Origin: Candidatus Arthromitus sp. SFB-mouse-Japan
Lineage (GTDB): Bacteria > Bacillota > Clostridia > Clostridiales > Clostridiaceae
NCBI RefSeq assembly: GCF_000270205.1
Contig: NC_015913.1
Location: forward strand, 600,001-632,000
Length of the DNA: 32,000 nt
Reading direction: 5' to 3'
A program made the position numbers and the translations under genes. How positions within the stretch are numbered: position 1 is the first letter of the stretch; each line of letters starts with the position of its first letter. Positions 1 through 6,053 of the stretch are shown piece by piece. Below the pieces are notes generated by a model that was not told where the DNA came from, did no database searches, and was given only the letters and a program-made list of their open reading frames with translations.

Positions 1-189
1 TTAAAAAATGCTTTGGAAAACCTCCCAATTAAATTGAAAACTATAGTCATTTTAAGGTTTTTTGAAGATTTTAAGATTAAGGATATTTCAAATATTTTGG
101 ATATGAATGAGAATACAGTTAAAACTAATTTATATAAAGCATTGAAAATACTTAAAATTAATTTAGAGGAGGAGGGTATTAATGTATAG
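1..189 (+). CDS. ECF-type (sigma-70 family) RNA polymerase sigma factor, C-terminal fragment; 5' end lies outside the window
   Basis: Frame 1 is open from base 1 to TAG at 187-189. It translates to LKNALENLPIKLKTIVILRFFEDFKIKDISNILDMNENTVKTNLYKALKILKINLEEEGINV, which is the region-4 helix-turn-helix pattern of ECF sigma factors. It is absent from the ORF track because it has no start codon in the window. Confidence 0.75.
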   Translation, partial: LKNALENLPIKLKTIVILRFFEDFKIKDISNILDMNENTVKTNLYKALKILKINLEEEGINV

Positions 190-787
190 TGATAAGGATT
201 TAGATTCTTTAAAAGAAGATTATTTAAGTCAAGACTATCCTGATGATTTAAATGAATATGTTATGGGGTGTATTTCTAAACAAGCTATTAAAACATCAAA
301 TAAGTCCAAGAGTATAACTACTTTTTATGTTGGAGTAGCCTTTGCTGTATGCTTATTGCTTGCAATTTTACCAAAAACTCTAAAAAAATATGATACTGAT
401 AATAATCAAATTGTTGATGGGTCAATTGATTCTCATTTATCTAGAATTACCGTTTATGGTGATAATCCTGAAAATAAAAATTCTATAGTAGAGAACGAGT
501 CAATAATTTCAATATATACTATTAATGAAGAAATTACTTTAAAAGATAAGATTTACAATATAGATAAGAATAAGGGTGTTTTGATCGAGTTAAGAGATAT
601 ATTAATTGAAGGGATTGAAAATATAGAGATAGATAATAAGCTGAAAGAAATTTTAATTAATCCTGACACTAAGTTCTTTTTAGGTGAGAGTGGAGATTAT
701 ATTATTTTATCTGAAGATGGCAAAATTGTAATTGATGATATTTTAAGTCACAAAATATTTAAATCTGAGTATGTGTTTAAAAGCTAG
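182..787 (+). CDS. Single-pass membrane protein, putative cognate anti-sigma factor
   Basis: The ATG at 182 overlaps the sigma gene stop by 8 nt (aATGtaTAG), which suggests translational coupling. There is one hydrophobic segment (TTFYVGVAFAVCLLLAILP) after a roughly 45-aa cytoplasmic N-terminus and before a roughly 135-aa extracytoplasmic domain. I recognise no zinc-finger anti-sigma motif, so the call rests on context and topology only. Confidence 0.45.
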   Translation: MYSDKDLDSLKEDYLSQDYPDDLNEYVMGCISKQAIKTSNKSKSITTFYVGVAFAVCLLLAILPKTLKKYDTDNNQIVDGSIDSHLSRITVYGDNPENKNSIVENESIISIYTINEEITLKDKIYNIDKNKGVLIELRDILIEGIENIEIDNKLKEILINPDTKFFLGESGDYIILSEDGKIVIDDILSHKIFKSEYVFKS

Positions 788-816
788 TAATTTTTATTAT
801 TAGCTTTATATTTTTT
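780..816 (+). terminator. Rho-independent terminator after the putative anti-sigma gene
   Basis: Arm 780-790 (aaagctagtaa) pairs with 797-807 (ttattagcttt) over 11 bp, including one G-U pair. The loop is 791-796 and a T-rich run (atatttttt) follows. The TAG stop lies within the left arm. Confidence 0.6.
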
Positions 817-1040
817 CAAAGTTCGGATAACTCCATTGCAAGAAATAAGTTTGAGCATTAAAAATTGATTTGAGTGCAAGTATGAGGAAATGGAGTTAAC
901 CAAACTTAAAAAAAATATATTTTTAGGTAATTTTAGTATTAATATTTAGTTGTTATATATTCTTTATAGGTATGTAAGTTTATATTTTTAGTATTTAAAA
1001 ATACATAATATTTTAATGATTTTTCATTAAATGACATTAT

Positions 1041-1135
1041 TTTTTAATATTTATATAGTTAAGGATACTAGTTTTTAATATTTATTTAATTAAAAGTTCC
1101 TATTTTTAATTTATTAATGATCGTATAATTAAATC
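1041..1135 (+). promoter_or_regulatory. Conserved upstream module of cassette 1: 14-bp direct repeat plus a candidate -10 box; copies also lie upstream of cassettes 2 and 3
   Basis: tttttaatatttat occurs at 1041-1054 and again at 1072-1085, a 31-bp offset. TATAAT is at 1124-1129 (cgTATAAT), with matching TATAAT boxes at 2359-2364 and 3459-3464. No convincing -35 hexamer is present, and conservation across copies reflects duplication rather than independent selection. Confidence 0.3.
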
Positions 1136-1197
1136 ATCAAGTAGGACAAATAAATATTTGATATTGATAGAATAGAATTATTTAGGAGATGTTTAAT

Positions 1198-2169
1198 ATG
1201 TTAAAAGATAAGATTAAGAAAATTGTATCAGTAGTAGCTTTAGGAGCATTAATAACATTTGGAGCAGGGGCTGTAAGCTCTATGGCAACTACTAATAGTG
1301 AAGCACAAATAGTTCAATCATATGGTATGGATTATAGTCACTCTAATTTAGTGAAAGAGATGTTAGATGCAGGGTATATAGATCAAGCGAAGGCGGATAA
1401 TTTTAATAATAATATAAATTCTGAAAGCACACAAATGGAAATAGATAAGACATATGATTTATTTTTAGTTGATTTGAATGTAAAAGAAGGATACTATAGT
1501 GCGGAGTTAGGAGAATTAGGGAAGCTAGTAATAGAGGCAGAGTATTCAGTGGATGGATTATCAGAAGAATTATACAATAGATATATGGATCAATTAGAGA
1601 AAGAAGGATTTTTATCATATAGTTATCCTGATTTAGTGAAAGAGATGTTAGATGCAGGGTATATAGATCAAGCGAAGGCGGATAATTTTAATAATAATAT
1701 AAATTCTGAAAGCACACAAATGGAAATAGATAAGACATATGATTTATTTTTAGTTAATTTGAATGTAAAAGAAGGATATTGTAGTGCGGAGCTAGGAGAA
1801 TTAGAGAAACAATTGATAGAAGCAGATTATGCAGATAATGATGCATTATACAATGAGATATATGTTAGATATATGACTCAATATTATTTAGATAGTGTAA
1901 AAGAGTTGCTAAGTGCAGGTTATATAGATCAAGCGAAGGCGGATAATTTTAATAATAATATAAATTCTGAAAGCACACGAATGGAGATAGATAAGACATA
2001 TGGATTATTTGTAGTTGATTTGAATGTAAAAGAAGGATACTATAGTGCGGAGTTAGGGGAGTTAGAGAAGCAAGTAATAGAAGCAGAGAATTCAGTGGAT
2101 GGATTATCAGAAGAATTATACAATAGATATATGGATCAATTAGAGAAAGAAGGATTTTTAGTTGAATAG
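1198..2169 (+). CDS. Exported 95-aa-module repeat protein, paralog A (signal peptide + 3 modules); function unknown
   Basis: The ORF track gives 1189..2169. AGGAG (1184-1188) abuts the ATG at 1189, whereas the ATG at 1198 has 9-nt spacing, so 1198 is preferred. The N-terminus MLKDKIKKIVSVVALGALITFGAGAVSSMA/TTNSEAQ looks like a cleavable signal peptide. Three modules carry the motifs YIDQAKADNFNNNINSES, EIDKTY.LF.VDLNVKEGYYSAELGELEK and LYNRYMDQLEKEGFL. Confidence 0.8.
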   Translation: MLKDKIKKIVSVVALGALITFGAGAVSSMATTNSEAQIVQSYGMDYSHSNLVKEMLDAGYIDQAKADNFNNNINSESTQMEIDKTYDLFLVDLNVKEGYYSAELGELGKLVIEAEYSVDGLSEELYNRYMDQLEKEGFLSYSYPDLVKEMLDAGYIDQAKADNFNNNINSESTQMEIDKTYDLFLVNLNVKEGYCSAELGELEKQLIEADYADNDALYNEIYVRYMTQYYLDSVKELLSAGYIDQAKADNFNNNINSESTRMEIDKTYGLFVVDLNVKEGYYSAELGELEKQVIEAENSVDGLSEELYNRYMDQLEKEGFLVE

Positions 2170-2199
2170 TTAACCAATTTTAGTGATTAATTATGTTTT

Positions 2200-2230
2200 A
2201 AGGAAGTTTTGTTGTAAAGCTTCCTTTTTT
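2200..2230 (+). terminator. Rho-independent terminator of cassette 1
   Basis: aaggaagtttt gttgt aaagcttcctt forms a hairpin (7 bp, one mismatch, then 3 bp) followed by a T-run. Confidence 0.6.
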
Positions 2231-2432
2231 GCATAGATGATGAATATTTAACAAATTTTCATTAAATGACATTATTTTTTAATATTTATATAGTTAAGGA
2301 CATTATTTTTTAATATTTATTTAATTAAAAGTTCCTATTTTTAATTTATTAATGATTGTATAATTAAATCATCAAGTAGGACAAACAAGTATTTAATATT
2401 AGTAGAATATAATTATTTAGGAGATGTTTAAT

Positions 2433-3269
2433 ATGTTAAATAATGATAATGATAATGATAAGGTTTCAAGTAAAGAAATTAAAGATTTAAATAAAGTAGG
2501 TAAGAGTTTAAGTAAGAAAACAAAGATAGTGTTGTTATCTGTTGGAGTGGGAGCTTTTATTGCGTTAGCAGTATATGGTATATATAAGGGATTAAATAAA
2601 AATATACAAAATGATGTAGCACAAAATATACAAGTTTCTGGAAGTTATCCAAATGAATTTTATAGTGAAAGTGACCGGTATATTGATAGTATTAGTGAAA
2701 TGTTAGATGCAGGATATATAGATCAAACGAAAGCGAATAATTTTATAAATAATATAGACTCTGATGATATAAAATTGGAGATAGGTAAGACATATGATTT
2801 ATTTTTAGTTGATTTAGATGTAAAAGAAGGATACTATAGTGCGGAGTTAGGAGAGTTAGAGAAACAATTGATAGAAGCAGATTATGCAGGTAATGATGCA
2901 TTATACAATGAGATATATAGTAAGTATGAAGAACAGTGGGAAAAAGATTTTGGAGATAGTGGAGATAGTTATGTATCAGATGATTATCCTAGTTTAGTGA
3001 AAGAGATGTTAGATGCAGGGTATATAGATCAAGCGAAGGCGGATAATTTTAATAATAATATAAATTCTGAAAGCACACGAATGGAAATAGATAAGACATA
3101 TGGATTATTTGTAGTTGATTTGAATGTAAAAGAAGGGCACTATAGTGCGGAGTTGGGAGAGTTAGAGAAGCAAGTAATAGAGGCAGAGAATTCAGTGGAT
3201 GGATTATCAGAAGAATTATACAATAGATATATGGATCAATTAGAGAAAGAAGGATTTTTAGTTGAATAG
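2433..3269 (+). CDS. Membrane-anchored 95-aa-module repeat protein, paralog B (N-terminal TM anchor + 2 modules); function unknown
   Basis: The ORF track gives 2424..3269, and the same AGGAG-ATG-n6-ATG arrangement favours the ATG at 2433. The N-terminus is polar and charged (NNDNDNDKVSSKEIKDLNKVGKSLSKKTK). It is followed by a TM segment (IVLLSVGVGAFIALAVYGIY) rather than a cleavable signal peptide, and then by two modules. Confidence 0.8.
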   Translation: MLNNDNDNDKVSSKEIKDLNKVGKSLSKKTKIVLLSVGVGAFIALAVYGIYKGLNKNIQNDVAQNIQVSGSYPNEFYSESDRYIDSISEMLDAGYIDQTKANNFINNIDSDDIKLEIGKTYDLFLVDLDVKEGYYSAELGELEKQLIEADYAGNDALYNEIYSKYEEQWEKDFGDSGDSYVSDDYPSLVKEMLDAGYIDQAKADNFNNNINSESTRMEIDKTYGLFVVDLNVKEGHYSAELGELEKQVIEAENSVDGLSEELYNRYMDQLEKEGFLVE

Positions 3270-3299
3270 TTAACTAATTTTAGTGACCAATTATATTTT

Positions 3300-3330
3300 A
3301 AGGAAGTTTTATTGTAAAGCTTCCTTTTTT
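3300..3330 (+). terminator. Rho-independent terminator of cassette 2
   Basis: aaggaagttttattgtaaagcttcctttttt is the same hairpin as in cassette 1 with one loop substitution. Confidence 0.6.
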
Positions 3331-3532
3331 GCATAGATGATGAATATTTAACAAATTTTCATTAAATGACATTATTTTTTAATATTTATATAGTTAAGGA
3401 TACTAGTTTTTAATATTTATTTAATTAAAAGTTCCTATTTTTAATTTATTAATGATCGTATAATTAAATCATCAAGTAGGACAAATAAATATTTGATATT
3501 GATAGAATAGAATTATTTAGGAGATGTTTAAT

Positions 3533-4528
3533 ATGTTAAAAGATAAGATTAAGAAAATTGTATCAGTAGTAGCTTTAGGAGCATTAATAACATTTGGAGC
3601 AGGGGCTGTAAGCTCTATGGCAACTACTAATAGTGAAGCACAAATAGTTCAATCATATGGTATGGATTATAGTCACTCTGATTTAGTGAAAGAGATGTTA
3701 GATGCAGGATATATAGATCAAGCGAAGGCGGATAATTTTAATAATAATATAAATTCTGAAAGCACACAAATGGAAATAGATAAGACATATGATTTATTTT
3801 TAGTTGATTTGAATGTAAAAGAAGGATACTATAGTGCGGAGTTAGGAGAGTTAGAGAAGCGAGTAATAGAGGCAGAGTATTCAGTGGATGGATTATCAGA
3901 AGAATTATACAATAGATATATGGATCAATTAGAGAAAGAAGGATTTTTATCATATAGTTATCCTGATTTAGTGAAAGAGATGTTAGATGCAGGGTATATA
4001 GATCAAGCGAAGGCGGATAATTTTAATAATAATATAAATTCTGAAAGCACACAAATGGAAATAGATAAGACATATGATTTATTTTTAGTTGATTTGAATG
4101 TAAAAGAAGGATACTATAGTGCGGAGTTAGGAGAGTTAGAGAAGCGAGTAATAGAGGCAGAGTATTCAGTGGATGGATTATCAGAAGAATTATACAATAG
4201 ATATATGGATCAATTAGAGAAAGAAGGATTTTTATCATATAGTTATCCTGATTTAGTGAAAGAGATGTTAGATGCAGGGTATATAGATCAAGCGAAGGCG
4301 GATAATTTTAATAATAATATAAATTCTGAAAGCACACAAATGGAAATAGATAAGACATATGATTTATTTTTAGTTGATTTGAATGTAAAAGAAGGATACT
4401 ATAGTGCGGAGTTAGGAGAGTTAGAGAAGCGAGTAATAGAGGCAGAGTATTCAGTGGATGGATTATCAGAAGAATTATACAATAGATATATGGATCAATT
4501 AGAGAAAGAAGGATTTTTAGTTGAATAG
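3533..4528 (+). CDS. Exported 95-aa-module repeat protein, paralog C (signal peptide + 3 near-identical modules); function unknown
   Basis: The ORF track gives 3524..4528, and the ATG at 3533 is preferred on Shine-Dalgarno spacing. The signal peptide is identical to paralog A. The protein is 49 aa plus 3 x 95 aa when counted from the track start. Confidence 0.8.
   Translation: MLKDKIKKIVSVVALGALITFGAGAVSSMATTNSEAQIVQSYGMDYSHSDLVKEMLDAGYIDQAKADNFNNNINSESTQMEIDKTYDLFLVDLNVKEGYYSAELGELEKRVIEAEYSVDGLSEELYNRYMDQLEKEGFLSYSYPDLVKEMLDAGYIDQAKADNFNNNINSESTQMEIDKTYDLFLVDLNVKEGYYSAELGELEKRVIEAEYSVDGLSEELYNRYMDQLEKEGFLSYSYPDLVKEMLDAGYIDQAKADNFNNNINSESTQMEIDKTYDLFLVDLNVKEGYYSAELGELEKRVIEAEYSVDGLSEELYNRYMDQLEKEGFLVE
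3668..4528 (+). repeat. In-frame tandem repeat, 3 x 285 bp, within paralog C
   Basis: Units begin at 3680, 3965 and 4250 (gatttagtgaaagag...). Unit 1 differs from unit 2 by one synonymous base (gcaggatat vs gcagggtat). Units 2 and 3 are identical up to the point where unit 3 ends in gttgaatag instead of tcatatagttatcct. Confidence 0.95.
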
Positions 4529-4558
4529 TTAACTAATTTTAGTGACTAATTATATTTT

Positions 4559-4597
4559 AAGGAAGTTTTGTTGTAAAGCTTCCTTTTTGTTTTTTAG
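4559..4597 (+). terminator. Rho-independent terminator of cassette 3
   Basis: aaggaagttttgttgtaaagcttcctt forms the hairpin and tttgtttttt follows. Confidence 0.6.
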
Positions 4598-4639
4598 AGT
4601 TTGAAATAATGATAAATTCTAGCTTTGATATACTAATTG

Positions 4640-4648
4640 TGTTAGAAT
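4640..4648 (+). promoter_or_regulatory. Candidate extended -10 (TGtTAGAAT) upstream of the permease gene
   Basis: TG-n-TAGAAT lies at 4640-4648, about 35 nt upstream of the GTG start. The nearby TTGATA (4625-4630) is too close to serve as a canonical -35. The AT-rich background makes false positives likely. Confidence 0.3.
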
Positions 4649-4682
4649 ATTTTTAAATTTGTGTTTAGGAGGTATAGTGTAA

Positions 4683-6041
4683 GTGTTAAATAGTCTGGAA
4701 AAGAGATATGGGTTTTGGACAGCCGTTGCGATGGTTGTAGGGATTGTTATAGGGAGTGGTGTGTTTTTTAAAGCAGAAAAAGTCATTCAAATTACCGATG
4801 GTAATATATACATAGGTATATTTTCTTGGATTGCTAGTGGAAGTATAATGGTTATTTGTGCTTATGCTTTTTCAATTTTAGCAGGACGGTATTCTAAAGT
4901 TAATGGAATTGTTGATTATTCAGAGGCTTCTTTTGGGAAAACATATGGTTATATTGTTGGTTGGTTTATGTCTGTTGTTTATTATCCATCGCTTACTGCT
5001 ATATTGTGCTGGATATCTGCACGATATACGTTAACTCTATTTGGGATCAACATTGGTGCAAATAGTACAGAAGTGTATGTAATAGGTATAATTTATTTAG
5101 TTTTAATTTGTGCTTTGAATATATTTGCTCCGATGTTAGCAGGAAAAATTCAAGTTTCTACAACTTTTATAAAATTAATTCCACTAGTTCTTATGGGAGT
5201 TATAGGTATAATTAAGGGGATTTCAAATGGACAGATAGTACAAAATTTTGTTAGTGTATCAACTGATATTGTTACTTCTAATTCAATATTTGGGGCAATT
5301 GTGGCTACAGCGTTTGCCTATGAGGGTTGGATTGTTGCTACAACTATAAACTCTGAATTAAAGAATTCACGTAAAGATTTGCCTAAAGCTTTGATTGTAG
5401 GGAGTATTTTCATAGTTGTTGTATATACGTTATATTTTATAGGAATCTCTGGACCATTGTCTGTTAATGATTTTATACAAGGTGGAGAAGACTCAATTAA
5501 ACATGCATTTTTTAATATTTTAGGAAATTTTGGAGGAAGTACATTATTTATTTTTGTCATAATTTCTTGTCTTGGAACTTTAAATGGTATGATGCTTGCA
5601 ACTATAAGGGGATTATATTCATTATCGATTAGGGGAATGGGACCATGTCCTAAATTTTTCTCAAAGGTGAGTGAGAAAACTAATTTACCCGTTAACTCAG
5701 GGTTATTTGGAGTTATAATAGTATTCATATGGATATTATTGTGGTATTTAAGTAATAAAGGTTTTTTTGGTCTGTTTTTAGATTTTTCAGAGTTACCAGT
5801 TATTAGTATGTATGCATTGTATATTCCTATATTCTTATGCATGAGTAGGAAACTTGAGGGTTTGAATATATTTAATAAGTATATCATACCTTATGCAGCT
5901 GTAGTATGTTCATTATTTATGATATATGCGACTATTCTTTCTCATGGAATTGTAGCTGTTAGTTTGTATTTTGTATTATTTGTATTTGTGATTGTAGTAG
6001 GATTGATATTTAAAAATGGTTCAAAAAAAGAGAGTCTGTAA
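4683..6041 (+). CDS. Amino acid permease, APC superfamily
   Basis: The 452-aa product is a polytopic membrane protein. Its N-terminal motif FWTAVAMVVGIVIGSGVFF (GSG(I/V)F) is typical of APC transporters, and about 12 hydrophobic segments are visible. The GTG start lies 10 nt after AGGAGG (4667-4672). Confidence 0.85.
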   Translation: MLNSLEKRYGFWTAVAMVVGIVIGSGVFFKAEKVIQITDGNIYIGIFSWIASGSIMVICAYAFSILAGRYSKVNGIVDYSEASFGKTYGYIVGWFMSVVYYPSLTAILCWISARYTLTLFGINIGANSTEVYVIGIIYLVLICALNIFAPMLAGKIQVSTTFIKLIPLVLMGVIGIIKGISNGQIVQNFVSVSTDIVTSNSIFGAIVATAFAYEGWIVATTINSELKNSRKDLPKALIVGSIFIVVVYTLYFIGISGPLSVNDFIQGGEDSIKHAFFNILGNFGGSTLFIFVIISCLGTLNGMMLATIRGLYSLSIRGMGPCPKFFSKVSEKTNLPVNSGLFGVIIVFIWILLWYLSNKGFFGLFLDFSELPVISMYALYIPIFLCMSRKLEGLNIFNKYIIPYAAVVCSLFMIYATILSHGIVAVSLYFVLFVFVIVVGLIFKNGSKKESL

Positions 6042-6053
6042 TCAGACTCTCTT
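6028..6053. terminator. Bidirectional terminator hairpin shared by two convergent genes
   Basis: There is a perfect 11-bp stem, aagagagtctg (6028-6038) with cagactctctt (6043-6053), and a loop taat. An A-run lies upstream and T-rich sequence downstream, so it can terminate both strands. The permease TAA (6039-6041) sits in the loop, and the minus-strand gene's stop (6052-6054) sits in the right arm. Confidence 0.7.

Larger units (their letters stand above)
1021..4597 (+). repeat. Three tandem cassettes (upstream module + repeat-protein gene + terminator); segmental triplication
   Basis: The upstream segments 1021-1197, 2256-2432 and 3356-3532 are near-identical. Gene 5' and 3' ends and the terminators (aaggaagtttt.ttgtaaagcttcctttt) are also shared. 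Gene starts are spaced 1235 and 1100 bp apart. Confidence 0.9.

Noticed and set aside
890-949. 19-codon small ORF (MELTKLKKNIFLGNFSINI) in the spacer upstream of cassette 1
   Set aside because: The only Shine-Dalgarno-like sequence (GAGG, 884-887) is 2 nt from the ATG. The ATG is buried in the right arm of the 828-898 stem. A 19-codon ORF is unremarkable here. It is kept only as a note to the structured-element finding.
1092-1129. ECF-type promoter reading of the cassette upstream region (gttcc ... cgta)
   Set aside because: The AAC-like element is on the wrong strand or in the wrong orientation (GGAAC reads on the minus strand). The distance to CGTA is about 21 nt rather than 16-17. ECF control of the cassettes therefore remains a context-based hypothesis, not a motif-based one.
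1390-1425. EF-hand-like calcium-binding loop in ADNFNNNINSES
   Set aside because: The spacing of oxygen-donor residues does not fit the D-x-[DNS]-x-[DNS]-G loop. A Phe sits at position 3 and the Gly at position 6 is missing.
1403-4238. Antisense 71-aa ORFs at 1403..1618, 3738..3953 and 4023..4238, near-identical in sequence
   Set aside because: They lie entirely antisense to the repeat-protein genes and recur only because the sense-strand 285-bp unit recurs. Their products are low-complexity Leu/Ile strings with no Shine-Dalgarno sequence. The sense frame has the signal peptide, Shine-Dalgarno sequence and terminator.
3668-4528. Possible CRISPR array or mobile-element repeat
   Set aside because: The repeats are 285 bp, directly abutting with no spacers, and exactly in frame within a coding sequence. 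No cas gene, transposase or terminal inverted repeats occur anywhere in 1-4600.
5318-5887. 189-aa ORF antisense to the permease gene
   Set aside because: It is fully embedded antisense in a well-supported APC transporter gene and resembles no recognisable protein. Long antisense ORFs are expected by chance in AT-rich coding sequence.
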